DNA of 63,620 bases from Candidatus Kerfeldbacteria bacterium (GCA_903825245.1 CAIJZX010000032.1:1-63620), one strand, 5' to 3'; positions 7,778-17,430 are shown, counted from the stretch's first letter. Program-made: numbers and translations. The notes: a model not told the origin generated them from the letters alone.

Positions 7778-9276
7778 GTTCCAGGCAATGAGTTTGTTGT
7801 TTCCGTTTTTCGCGCTACTAACTCACGCACCAGGCTTGGCGACAAAAGTTTTGTTGCAAAAACCATCGCCACATATACCACAACACTAACGCCAGCCGCC
7901 AGCCACACGTTGACTGAGCGAAGCGCGAAGATGGTGGCCGCCATAGCCACGCCAGCCAATAGTATTTTTGGTATCGCCGACACACGCAAACGAAAATGCA
8001 GAACGCGCGTGATGAGAATGTACCCGACAATCGCCGTCAGCGATTCGGTCACGATCGTACCGGTGGCACCGCCATAGAGCGAGAACCTTGGGATAAGTGT
8101 CAAATATAGGACGAGCCCAATCACTGCCACACTCAAATAACTCCATACCATTTGTCGTTGGCGATTGATAATCGTCACCACATGGCCGGAGAGTGACCCG
8201 AGGAATAGGGCGCTGACAGCGATCAACAGTAGCCGCAGTACCGGCGCGGCTGGCGCATATTCCTGACCACCGATAAGAACAATGATTGGCCGGGCGAGCA
8301 TCCAACCAACGACCAACATCGGCACAATCGCCACCAGGAGTAGGTCAAAGCCTTTTTGAAAGATGGCGCGGAAGCGTTCGGTATCACCGCGGCTAAACGC
8401 TGAACCAAGGCTCGGCAACAACAGGCCGACGAACATAATTGGAAACGTGTTGAGGATTTCTAAAATTTTGTAGGCCGCGCCATATAACCCGACATCGTAT
8501 GTTCCTTTGTATAAGCGCAAAATAATTGTATCCGCGCGGAAGTAAATCAGATTCAACACAATGGAAATAGCAATCGGCAGCGTATCACGAAGCGTCGAGC
8601 TCCAATATGGCCAATCAAAGTGCAGTCGAATACGCACGTAACGCCGCGCCGACCACCACACGAAGATGAAATTCACAATGCTACTTGTCACAACCGCGAA
8701 CACCACGCTGTACAGTGAGCCGTAGAAATGAATAACCAGGTAGGTGGTGACGAGGAGTACAATCCGGCCAAGTAGCTCACCGACTGCCACGTAGATCATG
8801 GCCAACTTCGATTGAAAAATGCCGACCATGAGTTGCGTCGCGGCCACCGCTAAGTACGAACCGGTACCGATCAGGACAGCAACTTTTTCAATCGTGGTGA
8901 AATGAAACGCCCACACCGCAATCGCGCCGGCTGATAAAATACAAAACGCCGATACCCAGCGCAAAGCGAGTAAGTTGCCGACAACTTTTTCCGGATCAGC
9001 ACCAGGTTTGTTGAGATCGCGAATAAGAATCAGATATAATCCGAGATCAGCCACCACCGAAAAAAATCCGAGGTACGCCATGACCGTCGTATAGGAGCCA
9101 TTACCCGCCGGATGCAGGTACCGCAAAATCAACACGCTGGTTGTAAATCCCAGAATGGTGCTCAATATTTTTCCGACAAATTGGACGATCGTGTTTCGTC
9201 CGACTGCGCGGGCAAGACTTGGACTAGCGACTACAGCTGATTGACCGTCCATGTTCACAGATGAAAGATAGACCAC
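7774..9276 (-). CDS. Polysaccharide/oligosaccharide flippase (Wzx-like, MOP superfamily)
   Basis: About 14 TM helices; operon context with GT2 and ligase-like genes; stop overlaps the GT2 start. Confidence 0.65.
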   Translation of the reverse strand: MVYLSSVNMDGQSAVVASPSLARAVGRNTIVQFVGKILSTILGFTTSVLILRYLHPAGNGSYTTVMAYLGFFSVVADLGLYLILIRDLNKPGADPEKVVGNLLALRWVSAFCILSAGAIAVWAFHFTTIEKVAVLIGTGSYLAVAATQLMVGIFQSKLAMIYVAVGELLGRIVLLVTTYLVIHFYGSLYSVVFAVVTSSIVNFIFVWWSARRYVRIRLHFDWPYWSSTLRDTLPIAISIVLNLIYFRADTIILRLYKGTYDVGLYGAAYKILEILNTFPIMFVGLLLPSLGSAFSRGDTERFRAIFQKGFDLLLVAIVPMLVVGWMLARPIIVLIGGQEYAPAAPVLRLLLIAVSALFLGSLSGHVVTIINRQRQMVWSYLSVAVIGLVLYLTLIPRFSLYGGATGTIVTESLTAIVGYILITRVLHFRLRVSAIPKILLAGVAMAATIFALRSVNVWLAAGVSVVVYVAMVFATKLLSPSLVRELVARKTETTNSLPGT

Positions 9277-9347
9277 CGTTCGGATTGAAAATGAGGTGCG
9301 AACGGTAGTGAAAAATCGTCTCGACTGTATCAGTTTTATGATGAAAA

Positions 9348-9459
9348 GTCAACCCAGCACTACAATGATTGATTCGCTTTTGTTGTGAAATTTTCATTAA
9401 CCCACGAAAGAAAAAACAATACAAAGGTTTTGTTGGTGTCATTGTGGTGCTGGGTCAAC
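9348..9459. repeat. 21-nt imperfect inverted repeat with 70-nt spacer in a divergent intergenic region
   Basis: GTCAACCCAGCACTACAATGA (9348-9368) versus TCATTGTGGTGCTGGGTCAAC (9439-9459); 18 Watson-Crick pairs plus 1 GU out of 21. Confidence 0.65.
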
Positions 9460-9497
9460 GAAAATTTGTTGGAAAATATTGACAAAACACCAAAAAT

Positions 9498-9905
9498 ATG
9501 GTAACCTGCTTGTACTGGTGGTTTGCGCTGTTGCGTTCTGTTTTCAGTAACAGCATTCCTTACGCCATGGATTTTTCATCGACCATTACCGTCCCACACG
9601 CTCGCCCCGATCAATCGCGGGCGCTTTGGGAGCAATTGCTTCAAGATGGTTTTGCGACTGAGGAATTGAAGGTACCACCGATATCATCGGCTAATTTTGT
9701 GGTGCTTATCCAGGATTCGCGATCGTTCTCAGCCGAGATAAGTAATCAATCGTGCCAAGCATGGCCGTTGCGGTGCGAACGATGGTTGAATCGACTCAGC
9801 TCAATTATTACTGGACAAATGTTTATCGAGTTACCAATCGAAAAACGGCGAGCGATTTGTCACGCCGCCATCCTACTCGCCGAACGTCCGGAATTATTGG
9901 CCTGA
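9498..9905 (+). CDS. Hypothetical protein
   Basis: ORF only. TTGACA (9480-9485)-N17-TAACCT overlaps the listed start, so the true start may be ATG 9567. Confidence 0.35.
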   Translation: MVTCLYWWFALLRSVFSNSIPYAMDFSSTITVPHARPDQSRALWEQLLQDGFATEELKVPPISSANFVVLIQDSRSFSAEISNQSCQAWPLRCERWLNRLSSIITGQMFIELPIEKRRAICHAAILLAERPELLA

Positions 9906-10517
9906 TTTTGTTAACTGGTCGTGAAGCTCGAACGCTGTGTGTTCGTGTTTTTCAACAACTTTTGACGAGTCGCCCGGGTGCTCGAGGCGGTCGTCAATTT
10001 TGTCAGTGAGTTCAAGTATCATCCGCGCTACTTTTTCCGGGTGCGGTACTTGCTGAAAAATAAAGCGTTCGGTTTTACCAGCGGTTTGAATATAGACATT
10101 GCCAAAACGCAATGCTGTAGCCACAATACCGTTCGTGTCGCTGGTGACATCTTGAATGCGGGAGAGCCGCTCTTCGGCTACCGTTCGGCCGAATAACCCG
10201 GATTGTTCGATATCGACGATTCGCTTATTGGTAACAATAAATGCATCGAGATAGTAATCCAGCCAATAGCCATACAACAGGATCCACAGAAACAGGTAAT
10301 ACAGCGCGCCCAGAAATATAATAACGGTATACCCGAGCGTACCGCTAGCCAGTGTCCACGAGGTGATGTGTGACCAAAGCAGCATCACAATCCATGGCGC
10401 CGCCCCAATAAGTACCAGCACAAATGCACTTCGCACGAAGACAAACCAATGACGATGGAATACTTCCACCGCATGCTCGTCAGGTTCGCGTCCGGGGAAG
10501 TTTATGTCGTGCGGCAT
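9894..10517 (-). CDS. Membrane protein with bacterial PH (bPH_2/YdbS-like) domain
   Basis: Two TM helices followed by ...VTNKRIVDIEQSGLFGRTVAEERLSRIQDV...GNVYIQTAG; start set at the internal ATG 10517. Confidence 0.55.
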   Translation of the reverse strand: MPHDINFPGREPDEHAVEVFHRHWFVFVRSAFVLVLIGAAPWIVMLLWSHITSWTLASGTLGYTVIIFLGALYYLFLWILLYGYWLDYYLDAFIVTNKRIVDIEQSGLFGRTVAEERLSRIQDVTSDTNGIVATALRFGNVYIQTAGKTERFIFQQVPHPEKVARMILELTDKIDDRLEHPGDSSKVVEKHEHTAFELHDQLTKSGQ

Positions 10518-10519
10518 GA

Positions 10520-10780
10520 CTATGATCCGAAATTGATAAAGTTCATGCTCGGCAGCGGGATAGTAACGTTGTTCGTCCAAGAAATTGATTGTGCTGTCGT
10601 TACCGACATCCAGACAATCACACCCAGACCGAAGACGAAAATGCCGCTACTGAGCACCGTCAAACCCATGTGAGAGCCGTGCCGTAAACCGACCAACAAG
10701 TAGGCAATGGCCAATACCAACAAGACCGCACCCAGCGCCATAAACGCATAGAGAATCCAAATTGCCGGTAGTTGTATCAT
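10520..10780 (-). CDS. Small membrane protein (86 aa)
   Basis: Three hydrophobic segments; packed tightly between ruvB and the PH-domain gene. Confidence 0.4.
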   Translation of the reverse strand: MIQLPAIWILYAFMALGAVLLVLAIAYLLVGLRHGSHMGLTVLSSGIFVFGLGVIVWMSVTTAQSISWTNNVTIPLPSMNFINFGS

Positions 10781-11817
10781 AGTCCGAGTTTTTGGTTTTC
10801 AGTATTCTGGTGCATGACCGGAAAACCGAGGTGTTGGTAGGCCGCTGGGGTCGCAGTGCGGCCGCGGGGCGTACGGCTTAAGAAACCGAGTTGCAGTAAA
10901 AACGGTTCGTAAATATCTTCAATCGTTTCTTGTTCTTCCGAGACCGCGGCCGCAATTGTGTTGAGCCCAACCGGCCCGCCTTGGAATTTTTCAATAATGA
11001 AGCGGAGGATTTTTCGATCGACGTGGTCGAGACCGAGTGGATCGATATCCAGCGACTGCAACGCGCGTTCAGCAATCGCCTCGGTGATGACGCCATTGCC
11101 CTTGACTTCGGCAAAGTCGCGAACGCGTTTCAGTAATCGGTTAGCAACGCGCGGCGTTTTACGTGAACGGCTAGCAATCGTCACCGCCGCTTTCGGTTCA
11201 ATTTGCGCATCAAGGATTTTTGCTGAACGAGTAATGATATGAATGAGTTCATCATCATCATAAAAGTCTAAGCGATATGACACACCGAATCGGTCGCGGA
11301 GCGGGGAGGAAATGAGACTCAATCGCGTCGTCGCGCCAATCAGGGTGAAGTGATTGAGGTCGAGGCGAACCGTGCGTGCTGACGGACCTTTGCCGATAAC
11401 GATGTCCAACTGAAAATCTTCCATCGCCGGATACAACACTTCTTCAATCGTGCGATTGAGGCGATGAATTTCATCAATGAACAACATGTCGCCTTTTTCT
11501 AAGTTCGACAAAATCGCCGCTAGGTCTCCAGGACGCTCAATCGCCGGCCCCGATGTGATTCGAATATTCACACCGACTTCCTTGGCCAGAATATGCGCCA
11601 AGGTGGTTTTTCCTAAACCCGGCGCGCCGTGGAGCAGAACGTGATCGAGTGGTTGTTGACGCTTCTTCGCCGCATCGAGAAAGACCTGAAGGTTTTCTTT
11701 AATTTGCTTCTGACCAACATAATCGGCGAGGCGTTGTGGGCGTAAATTATCATCCAAAACAGCATCCTCACCAGTGGTGGTGCTCGTCAGAATGCGGGCT
11801 TCGTCGGTCGCGTCCAT
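10777..11817 (-). CDS. ruvB: Holliday junction branch migration helicase RuvB
   Basis: Walker [18 protein letters not shown], conserved RuvB C-terminal winged helix; start at ATG 11817 (MDATDE). Confidence 0.92.
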   Translation of the reverse strand: MDATDEARILTSTTTGEDAVLDDNLRPQRLADYVGQKQIKENLQVFLDAAKKRQQPLDHVLLHGAPGLGKTTLAHILAKEVGVNIRITSGPAIERPGDLAAILSNLEKGDMLFIDEIHRLNRTIEEVLYPAMEDFQLDIVIGKGPSARTVRLDLNHFTLIGATTRLSLISSPLRDRFGVSYRLDFYDDDELIHIITRSAKILDAQIEPKAAVTIASRSRKTPRVANRLLKRVRDFAEVKGNGVITEAIAERALQSLDIDPLGLDHVDRKILRFIIEKFQGGPVGLNTIAAAVSEEQETIEDIYEPFLLQLGFLSRTPRGRTATPAAYQHLGFPVMHQNTENQKLGL

Positions 11818-11872
11818 ATATCTTGAGGATAGCGTTTTTTGGCTAAAAACACAACCGTTTTCGGCCCACCCC

Positions 11873-11901
11873 TTGACAAAATTGCCTACCCGTGATAGCA
11901 T
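11873..11901 (+). promoter_or_regulatory. Sigma70-like promoter TTGACA-N17-TAGCAT
   Basis: Read directly; would give a ~200-nt leader before the GTG at 12102. Confidence 0.45.
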
Positions 11902-12101
11902 GCTCAGTCAAGTTAAAGGAGATATTTAACGGTTTCTTTAGTGCCGATGTACCTGTGGGCACGACAAGCATGGAGGTTATTCCGTGGGTGATCCGGGTTT
12001 TTACCTAGAGCGCTCCATAGTACAACCTTCTTGCCCACAGATATACCGGCATTCATTGTATACTGACAAAATCGGGCACCTTACAATATAGGAGGAAACA
12101 C

Positions 12102-12401
12102 GTGAACGCTCAGGTTAGGTTGATCGAGTTCAAGCCGTCTGTTCGTCAGGAGAAGCTGCGCAGAGTTGTGCGAGGATTCGCCGGCTGGTTGGACGATCAT
12201 TGGGCCGCGCCCACCATCATCATGAGTATCGTGGCGTTCTTCTACGGTGCCGCCTTGATGGTCGAGCATTTCTCCAGTGACGCCATCGCGAACCACAGCC
12301 TGCTGAATTTCACGCCGCAGCTGACCATCGGCTTGACGTTGTTCGTCGGTGGCACCATCGCTCTCGTTGCTAGTATTGGACGAGCGACCAGGGACACGTA
12401 G
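12102..12401 (+). CDS. Small membrane protein (99 aa)
   Basis: GTG start after TAGGAGGAA RBS; two TM segments. Confidence 0.5.
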   Translation: MNAQVRLIEFKPSVRQEKLRRVVRGFAGWLDDHWAAPTIIMSIVAFFYGAALMVEHFSSDAIANHSLLNFTPQLTIGLTLFVGGTIALVASIGRATRDT

Positions 12402-12427
12402 GTTTTTTCACCACATGGAGGTTTTCC

Positions 12428-12658
12428 ATGCGCACGACGCGCAATCACGTGATCAGCTTCTGGCAGTGCATCGGATTCATCGTCGCCGTGCTGCTCGTGT
12501 TCGGGGTTGGACGGCTGACGTGGTACTCGCTGTCTAGTGCAGGTCAGTGGATCGTCGTCTCGATCATCGTGATCAGCGCCGTGATCTGGCTGGTCAGGAA
12601 ATCGGCTGATGACGCGAATCTGACCGTCTGGTCATGGCTCCGTCAACTGATCCGCTAA
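12428..12658 (+). CDS. Small membrane protein (76 aa)
   Basis: ATG after GGAGG; two TM segments. Confidence 0.5.
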   Translation: MRTTRNHVISFWQCIGFIVAVLLVFGVGRLTWYSLSSAGQWIVVSIIVISAVIWLVRKSADDANLTVWSWLRQLIR

Positions 12659-12687
12659 CTTCCCCAAGCCGCGGAACAGGAACACCG

Positions 12688-12810
12688 ATGTGGTTCAAAA
12701 TCGGACTCGTCGTTGCCATCGCGTTCCCGATCATCTGGACCGCGCTCGGTACCGTGAAGCCGGAGGATCTCTCCCAGGAAAAATACCCGTCGTCACCGGA
12801 CCGTTGGTGA
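12688..12810 (+). CDS. Candidate 40-aa single-TM micro-protein (MWFKIGLVVAIAFPIIWTALGTVKPEDLSQEKYPSSPDRW)
   Basis: Alternative frame to the listed ORF 12690..12896, which is Arg-rich and implausible; hydrophobic helix; terminator follows. Confidence 0.35.
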   Translation: MWFKIGLVVAIAFPIIWTALGTVKPEDLSQEKYPSSPDRW

Positions 12811-12838
12811 CATCGCTCCTTACGCGACACACGTCGCA

Positions 12839-12870
12839 AACCCCCGCTCTCATGAGACGGGGGTTGCTTT
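12839..12870 (+). terminator. Terminator-like hairpin
   Basis: AACCCCCG...CGGGGGTT stem followed by GCTTT. Confidence 0.5.
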
Positions 12871-12914
12871 ATAATACAGAAAATTACCGCTACTGACGCG
12901 TGGTTTGTTTCGGT

Positions 12915-12936
12915 CCCCTCCTCATGTGAGGAGGGG
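12915..12936. repeat. Palindrome CCCCTCCTCA-tg-TGAGGAGGGG
   Basis: Read directly; abuts the stop codon of the DUF559 gene. Confidence 0.85.
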
Positions 12937-13299
12937 TTAGGGGGTGGTGAGAAATTCTTTCAGTCGCTCAATGACTGAGAATGGATCGTGAATTACTTCA
13001 TCATTGCGCACTCGAAATGTTCGGATTCCGAGTGTTTGAAAAAATCGGTCGCGGTTCTTGTCATGACATATTCCAGCTTCATCGAAATGACTATCACCAT
13101 CAACCTCAACTACCAATCGTCGAGACGGACAATAAAAAGCCACGATATAGCGGCCAATGCTGTGTTGTCGACGAAATTTTAAACCCAACGTCTGTCGCCC
13201 TTTCAGATAACGCCAAAGAATATGTTCCGCTGGGGAACGATCGTGTCGAAGCTGACGGCGAACTTCTTTAAGATGTGGCAAATTAAAAACTCGGCGCAT
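12937..13299 (-). CDS. DUF559 (Vsr-like endonuclease fold) domain protein
   Basis: ILWRYLKGR...LKFRRQHSIGRYIVAFYCP...LVVEVDGDSH...RD..L...G..FRVRNDEV pattern. Confidence 0.75.
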   Translation of the reverse strand: MRRVFNLPHLKEVRRQLRHDRSPAEHILWRYLKGRQTLGLKFRRQHSIGRYIVAFYCPSRRLVVEVDGDSHFDEAGICHDKNRDRFFQTLGIRTFRVRNDEVIHDPFSVIERLKEFLTTP

Positions 13300-13369
13300 A
13301 GTACGTACCTGCGCCAGGCCACAAACTAAAACTAGATCAACACTGGTAATTTGTCAACCACCCCTGCGC

Positions 13370-13389
13370 CCCTCCTTTGCAAAGGAGGG
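13370..13389. repeat. Perfect 20-nt palindrome CCCTCCTTTG/CAAAGGAGGG
   Basis: Read directly; lies between the VanW stop and the DUF559 start. Confidence 0.85.
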
Positions 13390-13403
13390 AGCCGGCACAC
13401 ACA

Positions 13404-15380
13404 TTACTGATTCGTCGGTGTAACAGCGGTGTTTGTGTTGACCACAGGAGCCGCACCCGTTTCAACCGGCGGAGTAGTGTTCGTTGGAGTCGTAGTGTTT
13501 GTTACTGGAACAACCGGTACTGGAGTCGGTGCTGGTGATTTTTGCGCCGCTTTCCCAACCCGACAGATAACACCAATCGCACGGTAGTGACTTTGGAATG
13601 TTTGTGTGACCTTTGTGCCATCAGCTTTCGTCACGGTGTACGTTGCGGTTGCATCAGCACCGGGATGCCCCGGTTTTTGGCACTCCTCTTCGCCCGGTTT
13701 CAAATCGGTCACTTCAACGGTTTTTGTGGCCGGGATCGGAACCTGATTGTATACTTTCGGCGTCAGGATATCGACTGTTCGTCCGTCTGTTGTCCCGTAA
13801 AATTTAAAATCAATAATCTTTCCCGTTACCGATGTTTCGAGTAATAACGGTGTTTTGTAATCATTCACAAAACGCAAATCTGGTTGCGGATCATAGATGG
13901 TCGCATCTAATCCAACCGGGGGTTCATAGTAACTAATGCGTAAGCTATGGTTGTGCCGTTCGGTAATCGGCAACCCAGCGTTGAGCGCCGTACGGAACAG
14001 TGTTGTGGCTACCTGACATAAACCGCCGCCGAACTCCGGCTTAATGCTCGAACCAAGAATAACGAGTTCTGGCTTCCAGCCGTGTTTATCATCGATAATA
14101 CCAAGTGCCTTAACGAGTGAAAATTCTTCGCCTGGTTGAATAAGTAAACCATTCAACAGTGATGCACCATACGTTAAATTATATTTCCGGTTCGCCGGAC
14201 TATTACCAAAGTTCGTACTTGCCTCACCGACAATTTCGGAAATACCTAATTGATTTGTGCTAGCGGTATCGGTCATCGGTACGTCGGTATCAACGGCAAT
14301 TGTGGCTGTGGTTTTCGCGGCGTCTATCAGATCGGCCTGCATCGCTTGGATGGTTTTATCAAAATTCAACGTAATACCAGTAACACTCGGCTGGAATTCT
14401 TTCGCTTGCCCATCGACGATAGTGAATTTCGCGTTTTGAGCCTTGACGTTGAGATCGGTCGCGATGGTATTCAAATATTTTGTCGTTGCTGTGGTATCAA
14501 AACCAAGTCGTGGCGCCGCGGTTGTTCCTACCAGACCGACGAGTTTACGAAGTTGTTCGCGACTGATCGACCACTGACGATCGGCGTAGTTTAACGTGAA
14601 CGGTGCGCGGTCAAGGAGTGTTTTTGCGCCGGCTGTCACAACCGTCCGTACCGCAGCTGAATCGGTAGTTGTCGGCTGAGCCACGACCGTCGGTACCACA
14701 ATTGCGCCACCATTGAGCAGATGTGATTGCTGAACAGCCTGATCGGCGGCGCGTTGATAGTCAAAAGTTGAACCGGTTTGCGACGGAGTTGTGGTTATCT
14801 TTCCGTTTGTGTCAACTGTCAAACCGATATTTTTTGCTGGTTGCTCCTGTGCCTGAAAAGCTGTAACGATTGCTGATTGTATTTCTTGTTCGTTCACCGT
14901 AACCACGCCGAGTTCATGGTGCCGACCAAAATATCCACTCGTTCGTTCGCGAACTTGTTGCCACCAATTTCCGCGACGACCAAAGCTCAACGCTCGATCA
15001 ATCGACAGCTTCGGATCAAATCCAACTGAGCTTAGTACAACCGCTGTGTCACTCGCACTATCGTTTGCTACCAAAATAGTGGACGTTTTTCCGTTAGCCG
15101 AAAATTGAAAAGCTTGGGCGGAAAATGTGTCCCATTTTTTTTGTAGCAAGTTGATTGCCGTCAGCGAATCCAACCTACCAACGTCAACGCCTGCGACCGA
15201 TGCGCCGCGGATGATTTTTGTACCGGCTGATTGATAGGCAACAAACACAACGATTGCGCCGCCAATAATTACAAAAGACGCAACCGAAGCAACCCACCAC
15301 ATCCATGGTCGGAATTTGGAAACCGCCGGCTTAGCTTCAGTCGCGGGCGAGGTAGGAGTTGAGCTGGTCGATTTTTTCAT
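13404..15380 (-). CDS. VanW family protein (YoaR-like) with N-terminal TM anchor and G5-like C-terminal domain
   Basis: VanW core ...PGEEFSLVKALG...GGGLCQVATTLFRTALNAGLPITERHNHS...; Pro/Thr-rich tail. Confidence 0.8.
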   Translation of the reverse strand: MKKSTSSTPTSPATEAKPAVSKFRPWMWWVASVASFVIIGGAIVVFVAYQSAGTKIIRGASVAGVDVGRLDSLTAINLLQKKWDTFSAQAFQFSANGKTSTILVANDSASDTAVVLSSVGFDPKLSIDRALSFGRRGNWWQQVRERTSGYFGRHHELGVVTVNEQEIQSAIVTAFQAQEQPAKNIGLTVDTNGKITTTPSQTGSTFDYQRAADQAVQQSHLLNGGAIVVPTVVAQPTTTDSAAVRTVVTAGAKTLLDRAPFTLNYADRQWSISREQLRKLVGLVGTTAAPRLGFDTTATTKYLNTIATDLNVKAQNAKFTIVDGQAKEFQPSVTGITLNFDKTIQAMQADLIDAAKTTATIAVDTDVPMTDTASTNQLGISEIVGEASTNFGNSPANRKYNLTYGASLLNGLLIQPGEEFSLVKALGIIDDKHGWKPELVILGSSIKPEFGGGLCQVATTLFRTALNAGLPITERHNHSLRISYYEPPVGLDATIYDPQPDLRFVNDYKTPLLLETSVTGKIIDFKFYGTTDGRTVDILTPKVYNQVPIPATKTVEVTDLKPGEEECQKPGHPGADATATYTVTKADGTKVTQTFQSHYRAIGVICRVGKAAQKSPAPTPVPVVPVTNTTTPTNTTPPVETGAAPVVNTNTAVTPTNQ

Positions 15381-15528
15381 CGTCCGTTACTTGATGATCA
15401 AGTGAAATATTCCATTGTTGACCAATGGTTGGTGCCGTAGGAAACCAATTGGTTGGTAACTCTGCCTGGCCGTCAGGTGTACGCACAACAGTAACTGTGG
15501 GATGAGCGGCAACAATAGTAACAAGCAT
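15337..15528 (-). CDS. DUF3006-like small protein
   Basis: 63 aa. Pattern: beta-rich N-terminus, then LP..W.P...G..W, then an acidic helical tail. Start at ATG 15528. Confidence 0.4.
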   Translation of the reverse strand: MLVTIVAAHPTVTVVRTPDGQAELPTNWFPTAPTIGQQWNISLDHQVTDDEKIDQLNSYLARD

Positions 15529-15532
15529 CACA

Positions 15533-15967
15533 TTACTCCTCGTCTTCATCGACCACGGTAATCGGGCCGGCCGGCGGGCGCTCGTTCTTCGGTAAGGTTA
15601 CCCGTAATATGCCATTCTTCATTGAGGCGGTTACTTTTTCCGCCTTGACCTCGACCGGCAAAATAATCGTTCGGGAAAATCCGCCCCAGTAGCATTCCTG
15701 GTAGAGGTAATCATGCGCTGGTATGTCCTCATCAAGGTGTCGCGAACCCTTAATCGTTACCATATCGTTATTGACGCTGATGTCGATGTCTTCCGCTAAA
15801 ATACCGGCGATCGCAGCGCGAATAACGATAGCGTTTTTTGTTTGATAGACGTCAATGGCGAGCTGGCCTTCGTAGTCATTGGTCAGGCTCCGCTCGCGGA
15901 CTTCTTCCGTGGCGCTCGCGAGCTGGTCGAAGTATTCGTCTGGTTGATGTTGTTTCTTCTTTGCCAT
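15533..15967 (-). CDS. Hsp20/alpha-crystallin family small heat-shock protein
   Basis: ...LAIDVYQT...IVIRAAIAGI..EDIDISV..DMVTIKG...NGILRVTLPK; start at ATG 15967 (MAKKKQ). Confidence 0.88.
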   Translation of the reverse strand: MAKKKQHQPDEYFDQLASATEEVRERSLTNDYEGQLAIDVYQTKNAIVIRAAIAGILAEDIDISVNNDMVTIKGSRHLDEDIPAHDYLYQECYWGGFSRTIILPVEVKAEKVTASMKNGILRVTLPKNERPPAGPITVVDEDEE

Positions 15968-16039
15968 GTGTCGACTATACCACAAAAAGACGCCTACTTC
16001 AATGCCTACTCCTTACAGACGCCTTCTCCCATGCTTTAA

Positions 16040-16510
16040 TTATTTCCCAAATACCAGCCGTAAACCTCCGGCGAAAAAAATCGCCCAAACGGCAACCGTG
16101 AAAAATGTTTGTAAAATCACATATGTTTTTGCTCGCATCCCGCGGTACCCAAGCAAACCGATAAACATGGTGGTGACAAAGGCGCTAGCGAAAACCGCGG
16201 ATAATGAAACTGCCAATATCTGGCTAGTAGCAATGAGTCGAGCGTGGTTTGCTCGAAACGAGGTGGCCTTTGCTGTACTCCAGCGCGCAAAACGGCCAAG
16301 GATTGATCGCGAGTCCGCTTCACGCTGAAACCACGTGAACAACCAGAGACTTATAACACTATAAAGTGATCCAAAGAGAAGAATGGAAATGAGCACACCG
16401 AGACGGTGGATGGACAAAATAAAGACTGATTCATTGATGACAAAAAGTGTGCCACCAAGAACTGCCCCGAAAATGCGTTTCGAGACGGTCAAAAAACTGG
16501 TTTTTGTCAT
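16040..16510 (-). CDS. Hypothetical polytopic membrane protein
   Basis: Four or five hydrophobic segments; no family recognised. Confidence 0.5.
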   Translation of the reverse strand: MTKTSFLTVSKRIFGAVLGGTLFVINESVFILSIHRLGVLISILLFGSLYSVISLWLFTWFQREADSRSILGRFARWSTAKATSFRANHARLIATSQILAVSLSAVFASAFVTTMFIGLLGYRGMRAKTYVILQTFFTVAVWAIFFAGGLRLVFGK

Positions 16511-16615
16511 GAACGAAGTATATCAGAAAACTAATATCACTGCTTGATGTCCACACAATAAATCTACCATTCGCTATTACCATGCGACGGCTCAAACCTG
16601 GGTTTGTTTCTAGGT

Positions 16616-17170
16616 TTAGATGGAAGACTTCGGTTTTGCGTGTTTCAGAATTTCGGCGTTCAGTTCTTCTTCCGCTTTTTTCGCTAATCGTATGAACGAT
16701 GTCACGTCGGCCGGTTCAAAGTGCCGAGGTTTAACGTCTTTTACACAAAACACGCCGATTGGCTGCTTCGAACGACGGTCGTGTAGCGTCACTCCCATAT
16801 ACGCCCGAATATGTGGTGTACCGGCAACGTACGGATTGTCACTGAACCTGTCATCCTGAAGCGTGTCTTCCACGATAAAAATCTTGGACGAGAACAGCGT
16901 GTGCCCGCAAAACGAAATAGAGCGTTTCCCCTCCGACACCTCAATGCCGCGGCGCGATTTATACCATTCGCGATCACGATCAATCAGGGAGATGGTTGAA
17001 ATTGGCGCCCGCAAGTATTCTGTTGCCGATTTTGTAATTGCATCAAAACGCTCTTCCGGGGGCGTATCGAGAATTGCTAGGTCGTGCAGAGCAGAGACGC
17101 GGTCTTCGTCGTGCTTGGGGATGGGGGCGAACAACATAGGCCAAAGATGAACTAATGGTTCGTTCTCCAC
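16616..17170 (-). CDS. GAF domain protein
   Basis: ...ISLIDRDREWYKSRRG...FCGHTL...FIVEDTLQDDRF.DNPYV...IRAYMGV.L...G..IGVFCV.D. Confidence 0.7.
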   Translation of the reverse strand: MENEPLVHLWPMLFAPIPKHDEDRVSALHDLAILDTPPEERFDAITKSATEYLRAPISTISLIDRDREWYKSRRGIEVSEGKRSISFCGHTLFSSKIFIVEDTLQDDRFSDNPYVAGTPHIRAYMGVTLHDRRSKQPIGVFCVKDVKPRHFEPADVTSFIRLAKKAEEELNAEILKHAKPKSSI

Positions 17171-17430
17171 AGTTTGCGCTTTTTGTAGGGGTTGTCAAAT
17201 CGCCACAAACTACGGTCACGGGAAATATTTGGAACCGCCGAGTTAACGCTAACTCACCTACTAAATCGGGGGTATGGCGGAGAAAATCCCATTTGGTGGC
17301 CATCCACGATCTGGCACCTGGACTACAGGAGTATTGTAAGGCGTTTTTGCGCTATTTCCTATAGCTCGATGTAGGCCTCTCGGTCGGGGGCTTAGCGTAG
17401 GACCCTACGATAGTTATAGCCGCGGCGACA

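Noticed and set aside
12690-12896. Listed 68-aa ORF (MVQNRTRRCHRV...)
   Set aside because: It is Arg-rich and runs through the terminator hairpin. The frame starting 2 nt upstream (12688-12810) gives a plausible TM micro-protein instead.
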